From Hypanus sabinus (taxonomy: Eukaryota), in the NCBI RefSeq assembly GCF_030144855.1, contig NC_082714.1:127596001-127660000 (forward strand): a stretch of DNA of 64,000 nucleotides. The letters are read 5' to 3'. Shown one piece after another: positions 40,050 to 52,664 of the stretch (position 1 is the first letter of the stretch; each line of letters begins with the position of its first letter). A program made the position numbers and the translations under genes. A model generated the notes under the pieces. The model made no database searches and had not been told where the DNA came from. It was given only the letters and a program-made list of their open reading frames with translations.

Positions 40050-40485
40050 TTACTGGCTACAGCCAATCGTTTTTATTAATTCCAGTGCATGAAACCAAGT
40101 GTCTGTCCTATGGACTTTGTTAATACCTCTAAGCTTTACAGGTGTGGGTGCTACTTCCTATGCGCCTGGAAGGAATACACGATATCCCCATCCATTGGAA
40201 TTAATATATTGGTCACCAGGTTCTGTCACACAAACGTGTGGTCCCCACCTGGGAGCTTGGTTTCCATCTAGAAAAAGGCCTATTTGTTGTCTCCAGGCAT
40301 GAATTATTGCCATATTGTTGGGATCTGGTACAAATTGTGCAGGTCGTACAGCAGGGTTGGGTCTGTCTAATCTGCATCTTACCCTATGTTCAATCCCTTC
40401 ATGGTTCCAATCTCTGACTTGAAGAGTAAGAGATTCATCATGTTCATTTTGATGAGTAATCAGGGCATTTTCCCAGATTTCTGTT
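40050..40485 (-). pseudogene. Putative foamy-virus-like Gag N-terminal domain remnant
   Basis: Manual translation: EIWENALITHQNEHDESLTLQVRDWNHEGIEHRVRCRLDRPNPAVRPAQFVPDPNNMAIIHAWRQQIGLFLDGNQAPRWGPHVCVTEPGDQYINSNGWGYRVFLPGA*. Motifs are collinear with spumavirus Gag as remembered. Confidence 0.6.
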
Positions 40486-41169
40486 TAACACATTCATAAT
40501 ATCAACCAGCAGCTGCCTGCCCCACTACTGTAAGCTAGGAAGTGCTAGCTGGGATGCTGTAGCATTTGTTGAGAGTCATCTAAGTTGGACTACTGCTAAA
40601 TAATAATTCTTACTAAGATAATACTTTTGGTATAACTTGACTACATGAGATAGGAACTGTAATGGTATTGGGTTTGCTGACCATGAAGTTCTAAACTGAA
40701 ACAAAAGCATTAAACCGTATTGGATATCAATAGCCTCGAGCACTTTCACTAAAGGGAGAATGTATTGTAACTACCCAATCTTCAAAGACCAGTTTACTTC
40801 CTTGTTTATTCTTCATAGTGAGTTTTGCAGCCAATACCCGTTAAATAACCCTTTGTCTTATACTGCTCCTCTTGAGCAGTAAGAGAGGATTCTATGAATA
40901 GAGCATACTACAAACCTGTGTGTTTAACTTCCAGCTGATTACAACGTTCCAGTTTCATTTCATGAACTGAAGATTGGATTCTGTTTATGATCAGAAGCTA
41001 CACAATGCTAGTTGGAAGTTTGCTTGCATCTGTTTGATCTTCACAAGGTGCAGCTGTTGTGTTTAGAAAGGCATGATAGCACTAGGCCGTGGAAAGGCCT
41101 ATTGTCAGAAGCTATTGTTTATAGTTAGGTTCTGGATTTGGCCATGAGCACACACCGTCTGCTTCATAG

Positions 41170-41742
41170 TTGAGAGTATCATTAACTGGGCGCTGGTGTT
41201 CTGTACTGGATGTCAGATGTGGGATGTTCGGGAGACTCCCAGCCTCCTGGATAGACACATCTGTGTCAGGTGCATCGAGCTACATCTCCATAGGGACTGG
41301 GTTAGGGAATTGGAGAGGCAGTTTGATGACCTTCGTCTGGTCAGGGAAAGTGAGGAGGTGATAGAAAGGAGCTATAGGCAGATAGTCACACCAGGGCCTC
41401 AGGAGACAGATAAGTGGGTAACAGTCAGGAGAGGGAAGGGCAAGAGTCAGATACTAGAGAGTACTCCTGTGGCTGTCACTCTTAGCAATAAATACTCCTG
41501 TTTGAGTACTGTTGGGGGCAACGACCTACCTGGGGGGAAGCAACAGTGGCTGTGCCTCTGGCACGGTCTGGCCCTGTGTCTCAGAAGGGTAGGGAAAGGA
41601 AGAGGATGGCAGCAGTGATAGGGGACTCTATAGTTAGGGGGTCAGACAGGCGATTCTGTGGATGCAGGAAAGAAACACAGACGGTAGTTTGCCTGCCAGG
41701 TGCCAGGGTCCAGAATGTTTCTGATCATGTCCAAGGTATCCT
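41170..41742 (+). mobile_element. Outer CR1, ORF1 5' part (Cys finger plus SGNH esterase start)
   Basis: CTGC...CVRC, VIGDSIVRG, VVCLPGARV; broken after DHVQGIL. Confidence 0.85.
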
Positions 41743-42785
41743 GATATGACTACTCCTGCCAAAGGTGCATCCAGTGCAGCACCTGAGAAACTTGTTAGGG
41801 AGCTGGAGCTGGATGAACTTCGGATCATTTGGGAGGCAGAGGCAGAAATAGGCAGGAGTTTCAGGGAGATAGTCACCCCTAGGAGTCAGGAGACAGGTAG
41901 TTGCGTGACTGTCAGGAGAGGGAAGGGGAATAGACAGGAAGAGCAGAGCACCCCTGTGGCCATTCCCATCAACAAGTATACCATTTTGGATACTGTTGGT
42001 GGGGACGACCTACCAGGGACAAGTTGCAGTGGTTGCGTCTCTGGCACCGAGACTGGACCCTCTGCTCAGAAGGGAAGGAGGGAAAAGAGGAGAGCAGTAG
42101 TGATAGGGGATTCGATAGTTAGGGGGACAGATAGGAGGTCCTGTGGAAGATATTGAGAATCCCGGATGGTCTGTTGCCTCCCTGGTGCCAGGGTCCCCGA
42201 TATCTTGGATCGAGTTCTCAGTATTCTCAAGAGGGAGGGTGAGCAGAGGGATGTCATGGTCCATGTAGGGACCAATGACGTGGGTAGGAAGAGTGAGGGG
42301 ATCCTGAAAGGTGAGTTTAGGGAGCTAGGTGCCAAGTTAAAGGGCAGGACCTCCAGGATAGCAATCTCAGGATCGCTACCAGTGCCACGTGCAGGTGGGT
42401 TTAGAAATAGTAAGATAGTGCAGATCAACACATGGCTGAAGACATGGTGCAGGAGGGAGGGCTTCAGATTTATAGATAATTGGGCAGTTTTCTAGGGCAG
42501 TTGGGACCTGTTCCGGCGGGATGGTTTACATCTGAACTGGAGGGGGACAAATATTATTGCAGGTAGGTTTGCTAGAGAGGCTCCAGTGGATTTAAACTAG
42601 ATATGGGGGGGGGGGGGGGGGGAGGGAACCAGAGTGTAGAACAGATGTTCGGGAGAAGGAGGAAAAAGAAGACAGTAAAGTTCTTTATGCTGTTAGAGAT
42701 AAACAGAGAGCAAGAGGTGGAGAATTTCTTAAATGCATTTATTTTAATGCTAGGAGCATTGTAAGAAAGATGGATGAGCTTAGAG

Positions 42786-44035
42786 CAGGGGTGGGCAAAC
42801 TTTTTGACTTGTGGGTCACAAAGGGTTCTAAAATTTGACAGGGGGGGCCGGAGCAGGAGCAGATGGACGGAGTGTTTTGGTAATACACCTCATAAGAGAA
42901 AATAAAATATCATGGGATATGTAGAAAACATGTGCTTTAATTTCAATTGAAAATGAACAAATGCATTACAACAAAATATCTGTCTTTGAAGTCCCATGGT
43001 ATTTAGCTATTTATTGAAATGTCTTTTAAAACACTGAAAATTAAATTAATAAAATACAGCTTTTTTTAATAGTAACAGTTATTATTTTAAAGCACTGAAA
43101 ATTCTGTTATCCTTCAAGATATTATCATCATCACTCTCATCCTGACTGTCTTTATTTCAAAAACGGTAGGAGATGCAGGTCTACTTGTCCTGCTCCTTCT
43201 TATTCAATTGTCCCCTGTGCCAAAACTCAACAATGACCAGCACAAAGACAGAACAGTGGCCAGTATGCGGAGCGCGTTATTTGATCTGGAGCGCATTTTT
43301 TATTTTGAGAACGTATGTGCACCTGCGCACTACTCATGTCCATCACTTAACAGAAATGACATGTAACATGTAAGGCTTATTGAAAAAAAAATTTTCAAAT
43401 GCATTTTTTACATAACACAACGAAGAAACTTATTTTTAATTTCAGTGGGAACAGTGTTGTTGGTCTCCCTTTTTAGCCAGCGCATCAAAGACTGGATTTA
43501 GTTTTGTTGTGGCGATTCTCAGGATGGATCTGAGGTGTTGGTCAGTTAACTTGGATCTGTGGCTGGCTTTGTTGATGTTCATGACGCTGAACGCCTGTTA
43601 ACACAAATAGTGAAGCGCAAATGTGGAGTAATACGCTGCACCTCAACAAAGGTCAATGTGTAGCGGTGTGCTACATGCAGCGCTAAAATTACGACACGGA
43701 GTCAGTAACTGCAGTCGAAGAAAAAAACTTTATTCGAAATCCCCAGCCTCACTTTTAAGCCTCCCTCAACCTGCCCCCCTGGGCAGAGGCTCCAAAGCTC
43801 TGTGCTCGCAAATCCCCGCAGGCTACCTCCCTTAGCCAGAACGCTGGCTAATTGTGAGCCGGTTCGGATGTGCCAGGAAATGGGTCGCCACAAATGTATA
43901 TAGAGTGCGTCATCTATTGGGAAAACGCCAGAATTGCGGGGAAAAAACGTTAACAAGGTTTATTAATATAATTTCATCAAGTTCTGCGGGCCGGATTAAA
44001 AAGCTTAACGGGCCGCATATGTTTGCCCATGCCTG
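42786..44035 (-). mobile_element. Non-autonomous hAT (Buster/SPIN/Charlie type)
   Basis: TIRs caggggtgggcaaac and gtttgcccatgcctg; 8-bp TSD GCTTAGAG (42778-42785, 44036-44043); minus-strand transposase C-terminus YLC*QAFSVMNINKASHRSKLTDQHLRSILRIATT..QQHCSH at 43442-43610. Confidence 0.92.
43659..43892 (-). mobile_element. Solo LTR inside the hAT element
   Basis: TGTAGCG...CGCCACA ends, 4-bp TSD AATG on both sides, minus-strand AATAAA at ~43730. Confidence 0.75.
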
Positions 44036-46746
44036 GCTTAGAGCATGGACTGATACCTGGAAATATGATGTTGTAGCAATTAGTGAAACATGGTTGCAGG
44101 AGGGGTGTGATTGGCAACTAAATATTCTTGGATTTCATTGCTTCAGGTGTGATAGAATCAGAGGGACTAGAGGGGGAGGTGTTGAGTTGCTTGTCAGAGA
44201 AAATATTACAGCGGTGCTCTGGCAGGATAGATTTGAGGGCTTATCTAGGGAGGCTATTTGGGTGGAATTGAGGAATGGGAAATGTGTAGTAACACTTATA
44301 GGGGTGTATTATAGACCACCTAATGGGGAGCAAGAATTGGAGGAGCAAATTTGCAAGGAGATAGCAGATATTTGTAGTAAGCACAGGGTTGTGATTGTGG
44401 GAGATTAATTTTCCACATATAGACTGGGAAGCCCATACTGTAAAAGGTTTGGATGGTTTGGAGTTTGTAAAATGTATGCAGGATAGTTTTTTGCAGCAAT
44501 ACGTAGAGGTACCAACTAGAGAAGGGGAAGTGTTGGACCTTCTGTTAGGGAATGAAATAGGTCAGGTGACAAAGGTATGTGTTGGGGAACACTTCGGGTC
44601 CAGTGATCACAATACCATTAATTTCAATATAATTATGAAGAAGGATAGGACTGGACCCAGGGTTGAGATTTTTAATTGGAGAAAGGCTAACTTTGAAGTG
44701 ATACGAAAGAATCTAGAAGGAGTGGATTGGGACAATTTGTTTTATGGGAAGGATGTAATAGAGAAATGGCGGTCATTTAAAGGTAAAATTTTGAGGGTAC
44801 AGAATCTTTATGTTCCTGTTAGTTAGAAAGGAAAGGTTAAAAGTTTGAGAGAGCCATGGTTTCAAGGGATATTGGAAACTTGGTTAGGAGAAAGAGATAT
44901 CTACAATAAATATAGGCAGCATGGAGTAAATGAGGTGCTCGAGGAATATAAAGAATGTAAGAAGAATCTTAAGAAAGAAATTAGAAAAGCTAAAAGAAGA
45001 TACGAGGTTGCTTTGGCAAGTAAGGTGAAAATAAGTTCAAAGGGTTTCTACAATTATATTAATAGCAAAAGGATAATGAGGGATATAATTGGTCCATTAG
45101 AGAATCAGAGTGGACAGCTATGTGTGGAGCCAAAAGAGATGGGGGAGATTTTGAACAATTTCTTTTCTTTGGTATTCATTAAGGAGAAGGATATTAAATT
45201 GTGTAAGGTAAGAGAAACAAGTAGGGAAGTTATGGAAAATATGACAATTGAAGAGGAGGAAGTACTGGGGCTTGTAAGGAATATAAAAGTGGATAAATCT
45301 CTGGGTCCTGACAGGATATTCCCTAGGAACTTGAGAGAGGTTAGTGTAGAAATAGCAGGGGCTCTGACAGAAATACTTCAAATGTCATTAGAAATGGGGA
45401 TGGTGCCGGAGGATTGGTGCATTGCTCATTTGGTTCCATTGTTTAAAAAGGGTTCTAAGAGTTAACCTAGCAATTATAGGCCTGTCAGTTTGACGTCAGT
45501 GGTGGGTAAATTAATAGAAAGTATTCTTAGAGATGGTACATATAATTATCTGGATAAACAGGGTCTGATTAGGAATAGTCGGCATGGATTTGTGCATGAA
45601 AGGTCATGTTTGACAAATCTTATTGAAGTTTTTGAAGAGATTACGAGGAAAGTTGATGAGGGTAAAGCAGTGGATGTTGTCTATATGGACTTTAGTAGGG
45701 CCTTTGACAAGGTTCTGCACAGAAGGTTAGTTAGGAAGGTTCAATCATTAGGTATTAATATTGAAGTAGTAAAATGGATTCAACAGTGGCTGGATGGGAG
45801 ATGCCAGAGAGTAGTGGTGGATAACTGTTTGTCAGGTTGGAGGCTGGTGACTAGTGGTGTGCCTCAGGGATCTGTACTGGGTCCATTGTTGTTTGTCATA
45901 TACATTAATGATCTGGATGATGGCATGGTAAATTGGATTAGTACCTATGCAGATGTTATTAGGGTAGGTGGCGTTGTGGATAATGAAGTAGGTTTTCAAA
46001 CTTTACAGAGTGATTTAGGCCAGTTAGAAGAGTGGGCTGAAAGATGGCAGATGGAGTTTAATGCTGATAAGTGTGAGGTGCTAAATTTTGGTAGGAATAA
46101 TCTAAATAGGACATACATGGTAAATGGTAGGGCATTGAAGAATGCAGTAGAACAGAGTGATCTAGGAATAATGGTGCATAGTTCCCTGAAGGTGGAATCT
46201 CATGTGGATAGGGTGGTGAAGAAAGCTTTTGGTATGTTGGTCTTTATGAATCAGAGCATTGAGTATAGGACTCGGGATGTAAAAATTGTACAAGGTATTG
46301 ATAAGGCCGAATTTGGAGTATTGGGTACAGTTCTGGTCACCGAATTATAGGAAAGATGTCAACAAAATAGAGAGAGTACAGAGAAGATTTACTAGAATGT
46401 TACCTGGGTTTCAGCACCTAAGTTACAGGGAAAGATTGAATAAGTTAGTTCTTTATTCTTTGGAGTGCAGAAGGTCGAGGGGGGACTTGATAGAGGTATT
46501 TAAAATTATGAGGGGGATAGAGAGTTGACGTGGATAGGCTTTTTCCATTGAGTGTAGGGGAGATTCAAACAAGAGGACATGAGTTGAAACTTAGGGGGCA
46601 GAAGTTTAAGGCTAACATGAGGGGGAATTTCTTTACTCAGAGAGTGGTAGCTGTGTGGAATGAGCTTCCAGTAGAAGTGGTAGAGGCAGGTTTGGTATTG
46701 TCATTTAAAGCAAAATTGGATAGGTATATGGACAGGAAAGGAATGG

Positions 46747-49700
46747 TGTTACAAGGATGAGGCAGGAAGAATGAACCCAAGTGCAGGACTCTGACACGGA
46801 GGCAGAATCTCCATAGCGAGCGCAGATTCGGGACCAGGCTGAGTCAGGACTAGGGAGGCTTGATTCACGAAGAGATACAGGATTGAAGACTTGGAGCAAG
46901 GTTCCTCTCTTTCTGAGAGTCGACCAACAATCTGGCAAGGGCTGACCGGAGCTGTCGGGGTCTTATCCTCCAGTGGCTAATGGAAACCAGGTGCTGGTGA
47001 TTGAGAGGAATTGGGAAAGATTGGGAATCAAGTGTGGAGATTAAGGACCAATTAGGGAAGAAAGGGAAAAGGTGGGAAATGCCAGCCAGGACCATGAGAG
47101 TAACCCTCCTCAAAGGGAACCTCCCGGCGACTTTCCCGGCTTGTCGGGATGGTTCCTGGATGAGGGAAGGGAGCATGGAACCCAGAAACGCTCTTCTGGC
47201 CCGTACCCTTCCCAATCCACCAAGTGCTGGAATCCTTTGCCCCTTCGTCGTACATCCAATAGTCGTCGGACGATGAAGGCTGGATGGTTGTCAATGATTC
47301 AGGTTGGTGGGGGAGTATCGGGTGGTGGACACAAGGGGCTGGTCGAGACTTGTTTAACTTGGGAAACGTGGAAGGTAGGGTGGATGGGTAGGGAACTTGG
47401 TATCTTCAGTCAGACCGCTGTAGGATTGATAACCCGTTCGACCGTGAGCGGACCTAGGAAGCAAGGAGTGAGTTTTCTATGCTCATTCTTGAGCAGAATG
47501 TCTTTGGAGGAGAGCCATACCAAATGCCCAGGTTGGTACTCCGGTGCTGGGGTCCTGTGTTGGTCGGCTGTCTCCTTGAAGCGATCTGCTGAATGGGCTA
47601 GGGCCGTGCGTGTCTCCTCCCAGATCCTGCGGCACTGGTCAATATGATCGCGGACAGATGGTACAGCAATCTCTGCTTCCTGCACGGGAAACAACGGGGA
47701 CTGGTACCCCAGTGAGCACTCGAATGGGGATTTTCCTATGGCTGAACTCATAAGGGAGTTCTGGGCATACTCGACCCATGGGAGTTGGTCACTCCAGCTG
47801 GCTGGGTTGTTTTTGGTCACACAACGCAACGTCGCTTCCAGGTTTTGGTTAGCCCGCTCCATCTGTCCATTAGTCTGGGGGTGGAAGCCGGATGATAGAC
47901 TGACTTATGCACCCAAGGCTTGGCAGAATGCTCTCCACACCTTGGAGACGAACTGGGGACCTCGGTCCGAGTCGATGTCGGCGGGGATTCTGTGGAGGCG
48001 GAAGACGTGGCAGACAAGGAGGTCAGCGGTCTCTTGGGCCAAGGGGAGTTTAGGTAGGCCTACAGAATGCACAGCCTTAGAAAATCTGTCCACCAAGGTG
48101 AGGATGGTTGTATTCCCTAAGGATTTGGGCAGACCTGTAACAAAGTCCAGGACGATGTGCCACCATGGGCGGCCAGGAACAGGCAGGGGCCGAAGCAATC
48201 CCGCAGGCGGCCAATGCGAGGCCTTTCCCCGGGCACAAGTGGGGCAGGCCACGACGTAGGAGCGGGTGTCTGCCTCCATGGAGGGCCACCAAAAATGTCT
48301 TCTCAGGAGTGCTAGGGTTCGATTAGTTCAGGTGTGGCAGGCAAATCGAGACGTATGCCCCCACTGGAGGACCTGAGATCGGACGCGTTCAGGCACATAG
48401 GGGTGGTCGTTGGGTCCCTTACCTGGGTCTGGGTCATCTCACTGGGTTTCTTTTACCACGGACTCGATCTCCCAGGTGAGGGAAGCCACCACACAGGATG
48501 GGGTGGGGATGGTCATTTCTGGACTGGAGGTGTCCTCCCTGGAGTCATATTGGTGGGAGAGCGCGTCTGGCTTTCCGTTCTTGGACCCGGGGCGGTAAAA
48601 TTGAATCGCCCAAAGAATAATGCCCAACGGGCCTGGCGGGAGTTCAGGTGCTTGGCGGTTTGAATGTACCCCAGGTTCTTGTGATCTGTCCAGACAATGA
48701 ATGGGTGCTTTGCCCCCTCCAGCCAGTGCCTCCATTCTTCCAATGCCAGTTTGACCGCCAATAGTTCACGATTTCCCATGTCATAATTTTGTTCCGCGGG
48801 GAACAATCGGCGGGAAACGAAAGCACAGGTGTGAACCTTTCCGTCTGTACCCGACTGTTGGGACAGGACTGCTCCTACTCTGAAGTGTCCACCTCCACGA
48901 TGAATTGTCGGGACGGGTCCGGATGGATCAGGTGGTGAAGCGTCTCTTTAAGTTAGTGAATGCTGCTTCCGCTTCAGCGTCCCAAGAAAAGGGTGTGGAG
49001 GGCGAGGTAAGCCGGGTGAGGGGGGCGGCCACCCGACTGTGGTCCCTGATAAAACAGCAGTAGAAGTTTGTGAACCCCAGGAACCACTGGAGTTGCTTGC
49101 GGGTCGTGGGCCTAGGCCATTTCTCCACCACACGGATCTTCTCAGGGCCTGCTCTCACCTGCCCGCCTAGAAAGCTGACCGAAGGGACATGAAACTCACA
49201 TTCCTCCGCCCTCACAAACAGTTGGTTTTCCCACAGCCTCTGAAGGACTCTACGGACATGACGAACATGTTCTTGCAGGCTGAGGGAGAAAAAAAAAGTC
49301 AGATTGTCGTCTAGATAGACGAACACAAAATGGTTAATGAAGTTCCTTAACACATCGTTAATGAAGGCCTGGAAAATGGCGGGGGCATTCGTAAGGCCAA
49401 ATGGCATAACAATATATTCAAAATGGCCCAGAGGGGTGTTAAAGGCTGTCTTCCACTCATCCCCTTCTCGTATCCTAACAGGGTGGTAGGCATTCCGTAG
49501 GTCCAGCTTGGAAAAGATGGTCATTCCGTGTAGCGGGTCAAAAGCTGAACTAATGAGAGGTAAGGGGTTCTAGTTCTTAACTGTGATATTGTTCAAGCCT
49601 CGATAATCGACGCAGGGGTAACGCGATCCAACTTTCTTCTCCACAAAGAAGAACCCGGCGGCCACAGGGGAGGAAGAGAGGAGCTTCGAGGGACTCGCCC

Positions 49701-51606
49701 AGGTATTTCTCCATGGCCTCCCTTTCTGGTCGCGATAAATTATAGAGGCAACTGGCGGGCAGCGGGGCCCCAGGGAGGTCATCGGTGGCACAGTCATAAG
49801 GGCGGTGCGGAGGCAGGGCAAGTGCTCGTTGTTTGCTGAACACCTGTCCCAGGTCGTGGTATTCAGCAGGTACCCGGGAGAGGTCAAAGTCTTCAGAGAC
49901 CGATAGAGTCACCGGAGCCTCCCTGGGAGGTGGGGCCGACCGCAGACAGTGGGAGTGACATGCCAGACCACCTGGCCATCCTCCCGGTGGTCTAGTCGAT
50001 CTGGGGATTGTGGTGAACCAGCCTTGGGTATCCTAGTACCACCGGGGCTCGAGGCGAGTGGATTTGATTGAATCTAGACTTCTCTTGGTGGTTACCAGAC
50101 AGGACTAGTGTTAAGGGTAGAGTGGGGTGGGTTACCCCAGCCAGCAGCCTACCGTCCAGACCCCGGGCCTCCACGGGGGTGGTGAGTGGTTCTCGAGGGA
50201 TTCCGGCCCGGGCGGCTACGTCTTCATCTGTCAGATCCCCCTCAGCACCGGAGTCTATCAAGGTAGCCAAGGACAGGGACTGTTGGTTGTAAGTTACCGT
50301 AGCTGGGATCTGCATCCGGGCTTGGGGAACTGAAGGGAGTGTCGTCTGATTCACCAGAACCGTTGAAGTGGGGGCAACACTAAGAGTGGACGGGGAGGAG
50401 AGGCTTGGCTGAAGATGGTAAGGTGGGCCGTAGGATGCCCCGAGGGGCGGGCCAACCGGCCTTCTAGAAGTCGGTTATCTAACCGGGTGGCTAGAGTGAT
50501 CAAAGTGTCCATGCCGTTCGCGTCATCCCTGGTTGCTAATTCATCTTTTACCTTGTCGGAGAGACCCCGTCAAAACACTTCCTGTAGTGCTTCGTCCTTC
50601 CACCCAGAGTCGGCTGCTAAAGTTCGGAACTCTACGGAGTATTTTGCTACGCTTCGCGAGCCCTGACGGAGAGTCAGAAGGTGCCTAGTGGCGTCCTTCC
50701 CACGAATGGGCTGTTCAAAGACCTTCCTCATTTCGGAGATGAAGGTAGAGAAGGAGGAACAGATCTCTAGCCTGTTGTCCCAGATTGCGGTGGCCCATGA
50801 TAAGGTATCCCCTCGTAACAGCCCTATGATGTACGCAATCTTTGATCTGTCCAAGCAGTACGTACGTGGCTGTTGCTCAAAAACCAGAGAGAACTGCAGT
50901 AAGAAAGCCCGGCACTTCCCTAGGTCCACGGTGTAGGGTTCTGGTTTGGGGACATACAGCTCTCGAGGGGGTCTTGTTCACGGTTCCAGGGGCACAGACA
51001 GTCCAGGTTGCCCGGATGGGTCGGCCGGAGTTCTCGGGGGTTGAGGCGGACCAAGGAAGACGGATAGCCAGTCCACCCACTCACTGACCTTCCCCACACT
51101 TGTGCTCAGCGTATGGAGGTGTTCCATAACTTCCCAGGAGAAATCAGTTGCGGGTGCCCAGCAACTGGTCCTGGCTGACGAGGGCCTGTTGCATGGGATC
51201 CGAGTCCACTCTGTTCATGGTTGGCTAGATTGTTCTGTTACCGGGACGTGGCAGGAAGAATGAACTCAAGTGCAGGACTCTGAGAGGATCCTGAGGCAGG
51301 ATCAGGAGGCAGAATCTCCGTAGCGAGCGCAGATTCGGGACTAGGCTGAGTCAGGACTAGGGAGGCTTGATTCACGAAGAGATACAGGGTTGAAGACTTG
51401 GAGCAAGGCTCCTCTCTTTCTGAGAGTCGACCAACAATCTGGCAAAGGCTGACCGGAGCTGTCGGGGTCTTATCCTCCGGTGGCTAATGGAAACCACGTG
51501 CTGGTGATTGAGAGGAATTGGGAAAGATTGGGAATCAAGTGTAGGGATTAAGGACCAATTAGGGAGGAAAGGAAAAAGGTGGGAAATGCCAGCCAGGACC
51601 ATGACA
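46747..51606 (-). mobile_element. Full-length decayed Gypsy LTR retrotransposon, Tf1/sushi chromovirus group
   Basis: LTRs 46747-47099 and 51236-51606; TSD AATGG. Gag (IAYIIGLLRG..LSWATAIW), protease LIDSGA, RT YLDD, RNase [13 protein letters not shown], integrase, chromodomain [15 protein letters not shown] at ~47175-47230. Confidence 0.96.
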
Positions 51607-51720
51607 AATGGAGGGTTATGGGCTGAGTGCGGGTCAGTGGGATTAGGTGAGAGTAAGCGTTCGGCACGGACTAGAAGGGCTGAGATGGCTTGTATTCGTG
51701 CTGTAATTGTTATATGGTTA

Positions 51721-52660
51721 TTAGTGGGAAGGAGAACAGCCAGAGGTCCTGGTACCAACAACTTATGTAGGAAAAGGGAGGAGGTCCTGAAAGAAGACTG
51801 TAGGGAGTTAGGAAGGAAGTTGAGAAGCAGGACCACAAAGGTAGTATTCTTGGGATTACTGCCTGTGCCATGTTACTGTGAGTATAGGAATAGAGTGAGG
51901 TGGAGGATAAATGCATGGCTGAGAGACTGGAGCAGGGGGCAAGGATTCAGATTTGTGGATCATTGGGACCTCTTTTGGGCCAGGCGTGACCTGTACAATA
52001 AGGATGGGTTGCACTTGAATCTGAGGGGACCAATATCCTAGCAGGGAGGTTTTCTATGAGTATTGGGGAGTGTTTAAACCAAAATTACTAGGGGGTGGGA
52101 ACCTAATGGAAGAAACAGAGGAAGAGGCACTTGGCTTACAAATAGAGAAAGCTTTTTGGCAGTGTGAGGAGGGGATAGCAGGTGATAAAGAAGGGATGCG
52201 CTCAGATTGATGGTTTGAGATGCATCTATTTTAATGCAAGGAATAACATGAACAAAGTTGATGAGCTTAGAACGTGGATCAATACTTGGAGCTATGATGC
52301 TGTGGCAATTGCTGAAAATTGGATGGTGCAGGGGCAGGAATGTCTACTTAGTATGCCAGGCCTTAGGCTTTAGATGTTTCAGAAAGGACAAAGAGGGGGT
52401 CAAAAGAGATGGGGGCATGGCACTGCTGATTAGAGATAGTGTCACAGCTGCAGAAAAGGGGGAAGTCATGGATGAATAGTCTACTGATTCTCTGTGGATG
52501 GAAGTTAGAAACAAGAAGGGGTCAATAACTCCTTCTAAAGATGGGGTGTTTCTTTATAGACCATCCAATAGTAATAGGGACATCAAGGAGCAGATAGGAA
52601 GACAGATTCTGGAACAGTGCAATAATAACAGGATTGTTGTGATGGGAGATTTTAATTCCC
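51721..52660 (+). mobile_element. Outer CR1 continued (ORF1 3' part, ORF2 endonuclease start)
   Basis: WEGEQPEV continues the ORF1 broken at 41742; DGLHLN; CIYFNARN..KVDEL; YRP; VVMGDFN. Confidence 0.85.
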
Positions 52661-52664
52661 TAAC

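Larger units (their letters stand above)
41743..51720 (+). mobile_element. Inner near-full-length CR1 (ORF1 esterase; ORF2 endonuclease and RT), interrupted by hAT and Gypsy insertions
   Basis: ORF1 GDSIVRG/VHVGTND/DGLHLN at 41746-42600. ORF2 starts ~42725 (FNARSI) and resumes at 44044 (ISETW, YYRPP, SDH, GVPQGSVLGP, YADV). The 3' UTR is split at 46746/51607; tail ends ~51720. Confidence 0.93.

Noticed and set aside
39730-40500. Endogenous hepadnavirus or host exon
   Set aside because: No terminal-protein or RT motifs and no convincing splice sites found; the spumavirus Gag pattern fits better.
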